Assembly: GCA_038217285.1 (NCBI GenBank)
Contig: JBBQPO010000010.1
Location: forward strand, 1-49,994
Direction of reading: 5' to 3'
Length of the DNA stretch: 49,994 nt
From: Chthonomonadales bacterium
GTDB lineage: Bacteria > Armatimonadota > Chthonomonadetes > Chthonomonadales > Chthonomonadaceae
The notes below the pieces were generated by a model. The model worked only from the letters and a program-made list of their open reading frames with translations, was not told the DNA's origin and searched no databases. A program made the position numbers and the translations under genes. The first letter of the stretch is position 1, and the number at the start of each line of letters is the position of its first letter. Positions 1-9,377 of this stretch are shown here, one piece after another.

Positions 1-1250
1 GTCTGCGTACCGAATGGGTTCAGGTTGAAGCTGAAGAGGTCGTATCCGAATTGCGTCGCCCCGCGCGTGGCGGTGGGGCGCGGGGGGGCGGGGGCCGGGG
101 CTACGGTGGTGGCCGTATCGTCCGAGAAGCTATTCAGATTGTACACGATAGTAGGCGTAATGCTTAGCCTGCCGGTACTCGGAGGCGCGGTAAACGTGAC
201 GCTGTCGCCCGCTTGAATGTTATAGGTCTTACCGTTCGTCGCTTTGAACTGAATCCATGGGCGCGGGTCGAACGTAAAGTCCTGCCGTATCTTCGCATCC
301 GCCTGCAGCTGAAGATCGAGCAGGTGGAAATGGAAGTTGAACCCGGCATAGTCGTAATCGCCGTTGAGCGGGATAGGAATCCCAAGTGCGAAGTACTGTA
401 GAAGCATGTTCGTCAGATCGGCGTGAAAAGTCAGGAAATTATCGGAAGCGCGGGCCTTTAGTTTGTCGTTGCGAAGGGTTCCACGCGCGCCAAGGTAGGG
501 AACGTGAAAAAAGCCTGTGCCGATATACGGCGGAATAGGAAGCGGGTAATCGCCGCCGGACTGCAGCCAGTTCCCCGTATTGAAAACTTCCTGTTCGCGG
601 GAGAACGAAGGCGAATTCAGGCCGAGAAGGTGGAATAGATTCTCATTGACCAGTTCTTTTCCGGCCGCTTTGGCGACAAACGCAAAGTCCATTTTGGCAT
701 CCATCCGCCCGTTCACGGACAGACTTAGATGAGCAGCATTGATGTTCATAAATGCCGTCTGATCTACGATGCAGTATGTCTGTATCGTGAACGGTTGCCC
801 CGGCTTTATCGCGCTGTCCTCAGGGTAGTCAATGCCCACACCACCGGGACAGTGCAGATCTACGGAGCCGAGATCGGCTTTCGCGTGAAAGCTAGCGTTG
901 GTAGACGCGGTGACCCCAGCCCTGAAACCAGCGCCGAACGTGCAGCCAAGGACGATACAGGGATCGAAAAAATAGCCGAGCGTCTGATTCCAGTCGGGCG
1001 AGGCGAGGGGTATCGCAAAGTCTACCTGCTGTGTGCCGGGCACGCCCGGTCCCCAGATGCTGCTGCCCGCCGTATCGTAAGTGAACGGAAAATACTGATA
1101 GCGCGGGTTGTCGACGACAGACTGTTGCAATCCATGCAGCACTGCGGTGAGCTGCGCATGCGCTTTCGTGATCGTAAGCTGCGCGAATAGAAACAAGCAG
1201 AGCAGACTGCCGAGCAGTCGTGAGCAGTAGGTACATTTCCAGGACTTCAT
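1..1250 (-). CDS. Large secreted protein of unknown function, N-terminal part (runs off the left edge; absent from the ORF track)
   Basis: Manual translation from ATG at 1250 (RBS TAAGGA upstream): MKSWKCTYCSRLLGSLLCLFLFAQLTITKAHA-QLTAVLHG..., open with no stop to position 1. Sec signal peptide ending AHA; co-oriented downstream of the PEP-CTERM gene. Confidence 0.8.
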   Translation of the reverse strand, partial: MKSWKCTYCSRLLGSLLCLFLFAQLTITKAHAQLTAVLHGLQQSVVDNPRYQYFPFTYDTAGSSIWGPGVPGTQQVDFAIPLASPDWNQTLGYFFDPCIVLGCTFGAGFRAGVTASTNASFHAKADLGSVDLHCPGGVGIDYPEDSAIKPGQPFTIQTYCIVDQTAFMNINAAHLSLSVNGRMDAKMDFAFVAKAAGKELVNENLFHLLGLNSPSFSREQEVFNTGNWLQSGGDYPLPIPPYIGTGFFHVPYLGARGTLRNDKLKARASDNFLTFHADLTNMLLQYFALGIPIPLNGDYDYAGFNFHFHLLDLQLQADAKIRQDFTFDPRPWIQFKATNGKTYNIQAGDSVTFTAPPSTGRLSITPTIVYNLNSFSDDTATTVAPAPAPPRPTATRGATQFGYDLFSFNLNPFGTQ

Positions 1251-1296
1251 GGTGTTTTCTTCCTTACTATAGCTCTCTCATATATTGGGTGGTTCG

Positions 1297-1854
1297 TTAG
1301 CGGCGTGCGCGCCGCCGGGCAAAATCGGCTCCGCTGATGACGAGGGCCATCAGCAGGACGCAGGTGCCGGGCTCGGGAACGTCGGGACTGGCAGGGGTGA
1401 GGGTAACGGTGAAGTCCTGCCTGCCGAGGATGTTCTGGTCCGCGTTGGTGGCGCCGCCATAGAGTGTGAAACTGCCGCTGAATGTGGAGGGCAGACCATC
1501 ATACAACGTTGGGTCGGCAGGCAGACTGACCGTGAATAGATCGTAGGTCGTGGACAGGCCGTCCGAAGGCAGGGTCGGCTGCGGCGTCGGCACAAGGAAC
1601 TGATTCTGAAACGGCGCATCGTCCAGAACCAGGGGTGGATCGACCAGACCGAGATCGTTGTTCAGATACAGGGGCGCGCCGGTGTTATTGGTAAGCGCGC
1701 CCCGAAACGTCACGGTGTCGCCCCGACTGGCGGTCACAGCGGGCGTGAGAAGTGTAAAGGTGAACTGTGCCCGCGCAGGCTGCTGGGAGGCGCCGGCGTA
1801 CAATGCCATGGCGGTCAATACGTAAAGCAGAGGTGCTCGAAGAGGTTGGCGCAT
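1297..1854 (-). CDS. PEP-CTERM sorting domain protein
   Basis: Signal peptide MRQPLRAPLLYVLTAMALYAGASQQPARA; C-terminal VPEPGTCVLLMALVISGADFARRRARR (PEP motif, TM helix, basic tail). ATG at 1854 follows AAGGA. Confidence 0.9.
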   Translation of the reverse strand: MRQPLRAPLLYVLTAMALYAGASQQPARAQFTFTLLTPAVTASRGDTVTFRGALTNNTGAPLYLNNDLGLVDPPLVLDDAPFQNQFLVPTPQPTLPSDGLSTTYDLFTVSLPADPTLYDGLPSTFSGSFTLYGGATNADQNILGRQDFTVTLTPASPDVPEPGTCVLLMALVISGADFARRRARR

Positions 1855-2060
1855 ACTGTTATCCTTGCTAAAACCCGCTTTCCGGGTTTCCTTTCGAGAT
1901 CTGTGTGAACACGAATCGCTGGCCAGGCAGTAGGGCCGTGTGTCACACAAGAGTGCCTCTTTAAGGATAACAGGCAGGTGTGGCCCGAACCGTTGCCGAA
2001 TCTAGGGAAACATCATGGCCCGAACGAAGGAAATTATGCGTCTGAAGCGGAGGCAACAGC

Positions 2061-5000
2061 GTGGATAGGGAATACGAAGGTGCCCCGAGGGAAAGTGAAG
2101 AGGCCGCAACGCCGATCGCCGCCTTTGACTTGCGGCTCTTGGGGCCAGTAGAAGCGCGCCTGGGTGGCAAACCCCTGCCCCACTTGCGCGCCCGAGCCGG
2201 GCTGAGCCTGCTGGCGCTGCTGGCCCTTCGACCCCATCGGGCCCTGGAACGCTCCTGGCTTGCGGCAATGCTGTGGCCCGACAGCAGCGAAGATCAGGCT
2301 CTCTATAATTTGCGGCGCAACCTCGTCGATGTACGGCGCGTTTTAGGCGAGCAGGCGTACCGGCTCGAATCTCCGACGCCGCGCACTCTGCGGCTGGACT
2401 TCACGGGCGGCTTCTGTGACGTACACGTCTTCGACGCCGCCTGCCACAGCAGCCAGACGACCTCTAAAAAGCAGAGGCAAGAGGCGATCGCCCTCTATCG
2501 CGGGCCGCTGCTCGAGGGCTGGACGAACGAGTGGGTTTTCGCGGAGAGCGAAGCGCGCCAGCAGTCCTACCTCGACACGCTGGAAGCGCTGGCAGCAGAG
2601 GCCATCCAGGACGGCGACCCGGCGGAAGCCGTTCACCGTCTTGAGCAACTTCTGGCGGCAGATCCCTACCGCGAGGCCGCCCATCGTACCCTGATGGAGA
2701 CGCTGGCCGCTATGGGAGATAGGGCTGCCGCCATGTTCGCCTATCGGGAGTTCCGCCACCTGTTGATGCGAGAGCTGCATTCCGAGCCATCCCCCGAAAC
2801 GCAAGCCTTGCATCAAAGACTACGCCGCAGCGCACAGGAGTACGCGCAGGAAAGGGACGCCACGCAGGAACGCTCTTCTGGCCTGTTCGGTGTTCCTAAA
2901 AATTTGGAGCATGGGAACCAGAGGCCCTCCCTGACCGCGTCACCAAAAGCCAACGCCATTTCTTCCGGTCTACCCTCTCCACTGACCTCACTTATCGGGC
3001 GCATCGGGGATACGTGGGAGGTGCGGGAGGCCCTGCGAACAGCGCGGCTCGTTACGCTGACGGGTACAGGCGGCGTCGGCAAGACGCGTCTGGCGCTCGC
3101 CGTGGCGGAGGAGATGGGCGACGAATTTCCCGCAGGCATATGGTTTGCCGATCTCGCGCCGATACGGGATGGCGAATCCGTCCCCCACGCCGTTGCCGCA
3201 GCGCTGGGACTATGCCAGGACACGGACATTATGCCGGAAGAGGTCCTGTGTGGCTTCATCAGACAGAAGCGGCTGTTGCTGATTCTGGATAACGGCGAAC
3301 ATATCGCGGACGCCTGCGCGCGTCTTGCCACGGATATGCTGCGCGCCTGCCCCTTGCTGCGGATACTGTGTACCAGTCGCCAGCCACTCTACGTTCCCGG
3401 CGAAGCCATCTGGATGGTCGCGCCGCTGGGTATTCCGCCTGCACCTACCGCGTCGGACGACCCGAACGTATTTGCCGCAGACCTGGCAAACTACGAATCG
3501 GTTGCGCTCCTGCTCGACCGCGCGAAGCGGGCCTCCCCAGCCTTCCGTCTGACTCCGCGTAATGCGCCCGCTGTCGCGCAGATATGCCGTCAGTTGGATG
3601 GGCTTCCTCTCGCGCTGGAACTGGTCGCCGCCCGGTTCCGAAGTCTTTCGGCGCTGGAGATTGCGAGTCGGCTGGACAGTCGGTTTCGTCTGTCGGCGTC
3701 CGGAGATCCTGCCCGTGCGCGCCACCGTACGCTGCAAGCGGCCCTCGACTGGAGCTACGATCTCCTCAATGAAGCCGAGCGCAGGTTATTGCGCGGCCTG
3801 ACGGTATTTGCCGGCGGATGGACACTGGAAGCCGCCGAATCCGTCTGCGCTGAAGAAAAAGAGGAGAGCCGGGACAGTGCGGGGACGTTGCCTCCGGCGG
3901 TCCGGGGCGGCTCCGGTCCCACTGTACTCGATCTGCTCACCTCCCTGGTCGATAAATCCCTTGTTGTGTACGAGGAGCAGGAAGAACGAGGTCGCTACCG
4001 CCTGCTGGAGACAACCCGGGAGTATGCCTCAGAACACCTGTCGCCGGACGAGCGCCGGTGGGTGCAGACGCGCTACATAGACTACTTCGGGCACATGGTG
4101 CGTCTGATCGAGGGGAGCGGGACGGGCTTCGAGTTGCCGGACTGGCTGGATCGGATGTGGATCGAACGCGACAACTTCCGCGCCGTTCACGCATGGTACC
4201 GGGAAGAGGATGCCGATACCGCGCTGTGGTTGGAATTTATTTTATATGGAACGCGCACCTGGCCGGTGCAGAATGCACAGGAGTGGATCACGCGACTGCA
4301 GCGGCAGCCCGCGCCGCCGACACCGCTGGGGGCGCGTATCGCGTTCAGCGTCGCCTCCTGGGCGCAGTGGCTGGGCAGCCCCGCCAGTGAAGAGCTGGCG
4401 AATCAGGCGCTGGATGTGGCGCGCGCCTGCGGCGAGAAGCGGTGGCAGATGCGTGCGTTCGCACTGCTGACATCGCAGGAAGAGGAACGCGGAGACAGGC
4501 GAGCGGCGCTGGAGTACGCCGAAGCTACCCTGGCCTGCGCGATACAGGGTGGAGAGACCGTGGATATCGCCGAGTACAGCGCCAAAGCCGCGCTGCATCT
4601 CTGGAGATCCGGCGAAGTCGATACAGCGCGCCTGCGGCTGCAAACGCTGCTTGAGGCAGCCCGGCAGAGCGACGACTGGCCTTCACGCTACTTTCCTCTG
4701 GCGGCGCTGGGAGAGATCTCGCTTGCGGAGAAAGAGTACGCGGAAGCGCGAGCCTATTACGACGAAGCTCTGTCGCTTGCCGAGCGCTTCCTGCCGTCTG
4801 AGGTGCCGGATCTGTGGCGCAGTCAGGCGTGGGTAGCCGCTTCGCAGCAGAACTATGCGGCCGCATGGCGCTGCTTCGAACAGGCACTGGCAGCCAGTCG
4901 CCAAAGTCATGCCGTTGATCGCGAAGGGTGGACGCGCTGGGACATGGCGGAGGTCGCCTTTCGGCAGGGCGATGCCCTTCAGGCACAGGAACAGTTAGGA

Positions 5001-5312
5001 CAGTGTCTTTCGCTCTTCGAATCCCTCCACGAAACCCGCAGTGTCGTTCAGTGTCTGTATAAATTCGGAAAGTTCTGTGCGGGATCGAGGCAGCCCGTCC
5101 GGGCGGTGACGCTGTTAGCAAGCGCCGATCGCGGCTACCGAGAAGAGGGTATCACCCCCGACCTGGCCACGCAGGACGCCATCAAGAACCTTGCCGCCGA
5201 GTTAGGCGACACGCTCGATCAGGCGACATGGCAGACAGCCTGGCAGTATGGCATGGGAATGACGCTGGCAGAGGCGACGACCTATGCCCTGTCTGCTCCG
5301 ACGCCTTCATGA
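2061..5312 (+). CDS. AfsR/SARP-type regulator: winged helix + BTAD + NB-ARC/STAND ATPase + TPR
   Basis: LRLLGPVEA...LAAMLWPD (SARP N-terminus); ALYRGPLLEG...DPYREAAHRTLM (BTAD); Walker A GTGGVGKT; LLILDN; LDGLPLALEL; HRTLQAALDWSYDLL; helical TPR-like C-terminus. Confidence 0.92.
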   Translation: MDREYEGAPRESEEAATPIAAFDLRLLGPVEARLGGKPLPHLRARAGLSLLALLALRPHRALERSWLAAMLWPDSSEDQALYNLRRNLVDVRRVLGEQAYRLESPTPRTLRLDFTGGFCDVHVFDAACHSSQTTSKKQRQEAIALYRGPLLEGWTNEWVFAESEARQQSYLDTLEALAAEAIQDGDPAEAVHRLEQLLAADPYREAAHRTLMETLAAMGDRAAAMFAYREFRHLLMRELHSEPSPETQALHQRLRRSAQEYAQERDATQERSSGLFGVPKNLEHGNQRPSLTASPKANAISSGLPSPLTSLIGRIGDTWEVREALRTARLVTLTGTGGVGKTRLALAVAEEMGDEFPAGIWFADLAPIRDGESVPHAVAAALGLCQDTDIMPEEVLCGFIRQKRLLLILDNGEHIADACARLATDMLRACPLLRILCTSRQPLYVPGEAIWMVAPLGIPPAPTASDDPNVFAADLANYESVALLLDRAKRASPAFRLTPRNAPAVAQICRQLDGLPLALELVAARFRSLSALEIASRLDSRFRLSASGDPARARHRTLQAALDWSYDLLNEAERRLLRGLTVFAGGWTLEAAESVCAEEKEESRDSAGTLPPAVRGGSGPTVLDLLTSLVDKSLVVYEEQEERGRYRLLETTREYASEHLSPDERRWVQTRYIDYFGHMVRLIEGSGTGFELPDWLDRMWIERDNFRAVHAWYREEDADTALWLEFILYGTRTWPVQNAQEWITRLQRQPAPPTPLGARIAFSVASWAQWLGSPASEELANQALDVARACGEKRWQMRAFALLTSQEEERGDRRAALEYAEATLACAIQGGETVDIAEYSAKAALHLWRSGEVDTARLRLQTLLEAARQSDDWPSRYFPLAALGEISLAEKEYAEARAYYDEALSLAERFLPSEVPDLWRSQAWVAASQQNYAAAWRCFEQALAASRQSHAVDREGWTRWDMAEVAFRQGDALQAQEQLGQCLSLFESLHETRSVVQCLYKFGKFCAGSRQPVRAVTLLASADRGYREEGITPDLATQDAIKNLAAELGDTLDQATWQTAWQYGMGMTLAEATTYALSAPTPS

Positions 5313-5343
5313 TCCGTCGAAGAGATCTTCGTGAGACACAGCG

Positions 5344-6066
5344 CTAGGACTGCGGTCGGGCCAGAGGCTCCCAGCCGAGGAGACGTCGGGCTTTCGACAT
5401 ATTCATGAGCTTCTGTTCGTAGTCCCCGGAGATCATGAACGCATTGAAGCCGTTGCCGCGATAGTCGAGCGCAGCGAGGAGCGCGCGGGCGACATCGGTT
5501 TCGGCGGTCGAGATGGTCGGCGTGCCCACGTGAGTCTGCGCGAGCCAGCGTTCGGTGAGCGTAGGATGGCAGAGGCGCAGGGCGTTGACGGACATTCCCC
5601 AGGAGCGACAGGCGTTGCGGCAGACGAGCTCCCCCATAAATTTGGTCAAACCATAGACGTCACGCGAGTCCGGGGTGATCTCTTCGTCGGGAAAGTAACG
5701 ATGATTAAGGTTGCCATCGTAGATAGACATACTGCTGGTGTAGACGGCATGCGCGATCCCTGCCTCGTGGGCGGCGGCGAGCGCGAGATGCACTCCCTTG
5801 ATGTTGACATCGAAGGAGGAGGCCACGAAGGGACCGGAGCTCCAGTCGTTGCTGCCCATCGCCATATAGAGCAGAGCGTCTATGCCCCCGCAGGCGGCGG
5901 CAAGGGCCTCGGAATCGTCAACGTTGCCCTGGTGGAAACCGAGAAAGTTTTCGGGCTCTACGGCGGGCGGCTTGAGGTCGAAAAAGCGCAGGGAGTGCTG
6001 GCGGGCCAGGAGAGGGCAGACCAGACTGCCGACATAGCCGCAGCCGCCGATGACGAGAACGCGCAT
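5344..6066 (-). CDS. NAD-dependent epimerase/dehydratase (extended SDR)
   Basis: MRVLVIGGCGYVG Rossmann motif, YTSS, catalytic YGLTK. Start taken at ATG 6066. Confidence 0.88.
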   Translation of the reverse strand: MRVLVIGGCGYVGSLVCPLLARQHSLRFFDLKPPAVEPENFLGFHQGNVDDSEALAAACGGIDALLYMAMGSNDWSSGPFVASSFDVNIKGVHLALAAAHEAGIAHAVYTSSMSIYDGNLNHRYFPDEEITPDSRDVYGLTKFMGELVCRNACRSWGMSVNALRLCHPTLTERWLAQTHVGTPTISTAETDVARALLAALDYRGNGFNAFMISGDYEQKLMNMSKARRLLGWEPLARPQS

Positions 6067-6385
6067 GGTGAAGTCGTCTCCGTTTCGAAAAAGAAAGTGG
6101 TCAGATGGATGTTCGGCGGGAGAGCGGAGTTGTCCTGCCCAACAGGCCTGTATCCTCGCAAACGCCCCCTTACAGGCGCACAGCGTAGGGAGAATACCCC
6201 TGGATCTCCAACGTTCGCCGCGAGAGTTAATACCGTCTGTCCTGAGGGAACGGTTCTCAGGAGAGTCTGACAATGCAGACCGTTCGCTTCAAAATCTGCC
6301 GTTCCGAGGACGCCGTTCCGGTGCCTTATCCTCTACAATCAGGTATGCTTTGCTTCAAACAGGTTTGTCTGAAGAATCGTGAACG

Positions 6386-6520
6386 ATGAACACGACCCAG
6401 ACGTATGAAGAAGCGCTGGCTGCCAAAAAGTTGGCTTTGCTGTTAGAAGCCAGGTTCTTGCTGGAAGGCGCCGAAACGGGAAGAGGCCGGGTTGTCAGGT
6501 CGATACGAGGGAACGATTGA
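6386..6520 (+). CDS. Putative 44-aa small protein coupled to the zinc-ribbon gene
   Basis: ATG 6386 to TGA 6518-6520 (MNTTQTYEEALAAKKLALLLEARFLLEGAETGRGRVVRSIRGND). The stop overlaps the TTG start at 6517 (TTGA). Confidence 0.4.
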   Translation: MNTTQTYEEALAAKKLALLLEARFLLEGAETGRGRVVRSIRGND

Positions 6521-7758
6521 GCCGTAACCGAGTGCATAACTACTTTCAGTGCCCGAACTGCGCGTCACCGATACATCGGTGGCGCAAAACGTGCCGCCGG
6601 TGCGGTTGGGGGCGCCCCCTCAACAATCGCGTCCCCGAACGACTGCGATCCTTCCGCCACAAACTGGTGAAGGCAGGTTTCCGAGTCTACCAGTGGACCG
6701 GGAGGCCTATGGCTCCCTGCCCCGACTGTCAGGAGCAGATCTCCAAAAATGCTGGACGTTGTCGGTACTGCGGGTGGAAGGGAGGCTACCGCGCTGCGGT
6801 TCGCCCTACCGTGCGGCATTTCCTGCTACGCCTTGTCAATCTGAATCTGCGTCGATCCGGCGAAACAATGGCGTGTCCGCACTGCCAGTGGGCCATGCCG
6901 AGCAGAGCCACTCGGTGTCCACTCTGTCTGCGTTCTCCGGAAGTACAGATATCCGAGGCGAATCAACTCATGCGTGCCTGGCTGCACCTGCGCCGCCAAT
7001 GGGTGAAGCGGGTGGCGGGGAAGGCGATCCTCTGTCCCCACTGTGCGGTGCAGATCCCGCCCTGGGCCTCCGGCTGCCTCTGCTGTGGCTGGGAACGACC
7101 ACGCGCAAAGGGCAGGCTCGCCACGCTGGGGTATGCCCTGGCGGAAGTGAAGGGCGAGGTACGGGAACGTCTCCAGCCGAATGACGATCCTCCGCGGGGA
7201 GACATATGCCCGGAATGCGACATCCTGGTTCCGCCCTTCGATAGAAGATGTATGATCTGCGGTTGGGCGCCGGATCGCAAAAAGACCATGCGTGATGCGG
7301 CGGGGTACCTTCTGGAAGAGATCAAGATGCGGAATGCTGTCGAAACCGACCTCGATCTGCATACGTGTAAAGTCTGCCATGTGCCCATGCCGCCCCATGC
7401 CAAACTGTGCCTGGTCTGCGGGTGGGCGCCGCCGGTCAAAAACCCCGTTATGCGCTACCTGCGCAAAAAAAGAGTGCGGAAATTCCGGAAATACGGGCCT
7501 TCTTGGAGGCCCTGCCCGAACTGTCGTCTGCCGATGACGCGCCATGCCGTGAAATGCCTGGCCTGTGGCTGGGAGAAGAGTCCCTTGCGCTACTGGGGGA
7601 AGACGCCGCCCGCCCTCTGGCTCATTATGACGATCATGGTCTTAACCCTCTATTTCTCTTTTCAGTATTTTGTCGTGCAGGTGGCCGACGGCCCGGGTAC
7701 GCGCTCGTTTCAAGACGAGTACGGGCGGAACCGATTCGATAAGGACAGTAGGCACTAA
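6517..7758 (+). CDS. Membrane-anchored protein with seven zinc-ribbon repeats
   Basis: Seven CxxC-x10-CxxC units, six followed by GW; hydrophobic segment ALWLIMTIMVLTLYFSFQYFVV near the C-terminus. Confidence 0.85.
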   Translation: MSRNRVHNYFQCPNCASPIHRWRKTCRRCGWGRPLNNRVPERLRSFRHKLVKAGFRVYQWTGRPMAPCPDCQEQISKNAGRCRYCGWKGGYRAAVRPTVRHFLLRLVNLNLRRSGETMACPHCQWAMPSRATRCPLCLRSPEVQISEANQLMRAWLHLRRQWVKRVAGKAILCPHCAVQIPPWASGCLCCGWERPRAKGRLATLGYALAEVKGEVRERLQPNDDPPRGDICPECDILVPPFDRRCMICGWAPDRKKTMRDAAGYLLEEIKMRNAVETDLDLHTCKVCHVPMPPHAKLCLVCGWAPPVKNPVMRYLRKKRVRKFRKYGPSWRPCPNCRLPMTRHAVKCLACGWEKSPLRYWGKTPPALWLIMTIMVLTLYFSFQYFVVQVADGPGTRSFQDEYGRNRFDKDSRH

Positions 7759-7952
7759 GTAGCCGTCCGGTCAATGCTCGTAGAAATTTCGCGCGCGTTG
7801 ATCTCGCTGGCCTCGGAGAAATTACGAACCTTCAGCGGATGGCCGCTTAGGCGGCGGCGCCTATCCCGTAAACCAGGCAAGACGAAAAGCCGGAGAAATA
7901 TCGCTCCTGCCGCAATCTCTCGACGGCCTCTTCGATCTGCTTCTCCAGAGCC

Positions 7953-8246
7953 TCAGACCTCGTAGTCGAAGGCGAGCACATTCTCTCGGATTGGGTTGAT
8001 GAATGTCTGTACGACATGCTGATGCGCCGGATGCGGCCCGTACACTTCCAGGGCGGCCTTGTCCGGAAAGCGCACCAAAAGGCCATGTGTAAAGCCCTGC
8101 GCACGATCCGAAAAATTCTCCCCTACGCTCAGATCCAGAATGTTGGGAACCTGCTCTTTCAGGCCCCGCAGCCCCGCGACCGCCTGTGCGATCTGCTCCG
8201 CCGTCGCCTCCGGCTTCCACTTAAACAATACGATATGCTCTACCAC
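7953..8246 (-). CDS. Dabb family stress-responsive A/B barrel protein
   Basis: VEHIVLFKWK...GENFSDRAQGFTHGL...YGPHPAHQ...VLAFDYE. GTG start after GAGGAG (ATG 8264 is an alternative). Confidence 0.88.
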   Translation of the reverse strand: MVEHIVLFKWKPEATAEQIAQAVAGLRGLKEQVPNILDLSVGENFSDRAQGFTHGLLVRFPDKAALEVYGPHPAHQHVVQTFINPIRENVLAFDYEV

Positions 8247-8289
8247 GTTGTTCTCCTCACCCATCTGGTTTCGATCTCCATTTTACCCC

Positions 8290-8332
8290 TAAAACAGGGC
8301 GAGGCTCGGCACAGTAACTGCCTCGCCCTGTT
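8290..8332 (-). terminator. Hairpin, probable terminator after the aldo/keto reductase
   Basis: AACAGGGCGAGGC ... GCCTCGCCCTGTT inverted repeat; short T-run on the minus strand. Confidence 0.5.
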
Positions 8333-9296
8333 ACGAGCGTGTACGGCCTAGAATCCGATCAACCTCTGCCATCTGCTCGGGAGCGAGGGGGCCGAAGTTC
8401 ATAGCGCCCAGATTGTCCTCTACCTGTGCGACCGTCTTGAAGCCAGGAATGGGGATCATATTGGGGCTGCGGGCGAGCAGCCAGCAGAGCGCGCCCTGCG
8501 CGAGCGTTCGTCCGCCCTGGGTCAACACACCGCGCAAAGACTCGACTTTGCGCATCGTCTCCGCCTGACCGCCCTCTTTGAAGTTCCAGCCGCGTCGAAT
8601 ATCTTCGTCCGGGAGTTTCGTGTCGGCCGTGAACTTGCCGGTCAGCATGCCCATGCCGAGCGGTCCACGCAGGATGCTCGCCAGGTTGTGCTTTTCGCAG
8701 ACTGCCAGCGTCGCCTCGTTGCCACCGAAGAGGTTGAAGCCCTGCTGGATCGCCACACAGTGCGGACTCTGCGCGAAGAGTTCGGCGCGCTCCGGGCTGT
8801 CGGTGCTCCAGCCGATGTACCGAACTTTGCCCGCCTCTACCAGTTCATGGAACACCGCCAGCACTTCCGGAGCTTTCTCCAGCGGGTAGCCGCCCAGATG
8901 GAACTGATAGAGGTCGATGTAGTCGGTCTTGAGGCGGCGCAGGCTTTCGTCGCAGCAGCGGCGGATATAGTCTGGATCTCCGCTTTCACCGGGCGCTTCG
9001 CGGGTCTCCTCGACATAGGTATAGCCCGCCTTGGTGGCGATAACGATCTTCTCCCGCACATGGCCCAGCGCGTCGGCGAGGATCTTCTCGCTGTGGCCGC
9101 AGCCGTAGACATCGGCTGTATCGAAAAAGGTGCAGCCCAGGTCGTAACCGCGCCGCAATGCCGCGATCGACTCGCTGTCGTTCACCTCTCCCCAGCCGAC
9201 CGGGCTGCCGTTGCGGGCATGGGGGCCGCCGATGGCCCAGCATCCCAGGCCGATGGCGCTCACCTCGACCCCGCTTCTTCCGAGCATCCGTTTCAT
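8331..9296 (-). CDS. Aldo/keto reductase
   Basis: LGRSGVEVSAIGLGCWAIGG, FDTADVYG, IVIATK, SLRRLKTDYIDLYQFH, PIPG. Confidence 0.93.
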   Translation of the reverse strand: MKRMLGRSGVEVSAIGLGCWAIGGPHARNGSPVGWGEVNDSESIAALRRGYDLGCTFFDTADVYGCGHSEKILADALGHVREKIVIATKAGYTYVEETREAPGESGDPDYIRRCCDESLRRLKTDYIDLYQFHLGGYPLEKAPEVLAVFHELVEAGKVRYIGWSTDSPERAELFAQSPHCVAIQQGFNLFGGNEATLAVCEKHNLASILRGPLGMGMLTGKFTADTKLPDEDIRRGWNFKEGGQAETMRKVESLRGVLTQGGRTLAQGALCWLLARSPNMIPIPGFKTVAQVEDNLGAMNFGPLAPEQMAEVDRILGRTRS

Positions 9297-9377
9297 AAAC
9301 ATCTCTCTTTCTCTCTGGCAGAGGAAACGCCATGTCTCCTCTGCCATGAACCGGGTTGCAGAACGGTGACCTCGACC

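Noticed and set aside
60-110. G-tract cluster with G-quadruplex potential
   Set aside because: It is the antisense of a Pro/Ala linker (APAPAPPRPTA) in the 1-1250 ORF, and may also be low-quality sequence; no independent support.
729-1190. 153-aa plus-strand ORF
   Set aside because: Antisense shadow of the minus-strand secreted gene.
7847-7960. Alternative-frame tail SEALEKQIEEAVERLRQERYF after the Dabb gene
   Set aside because: No start codon or RBS; cannot be supported as a gene.
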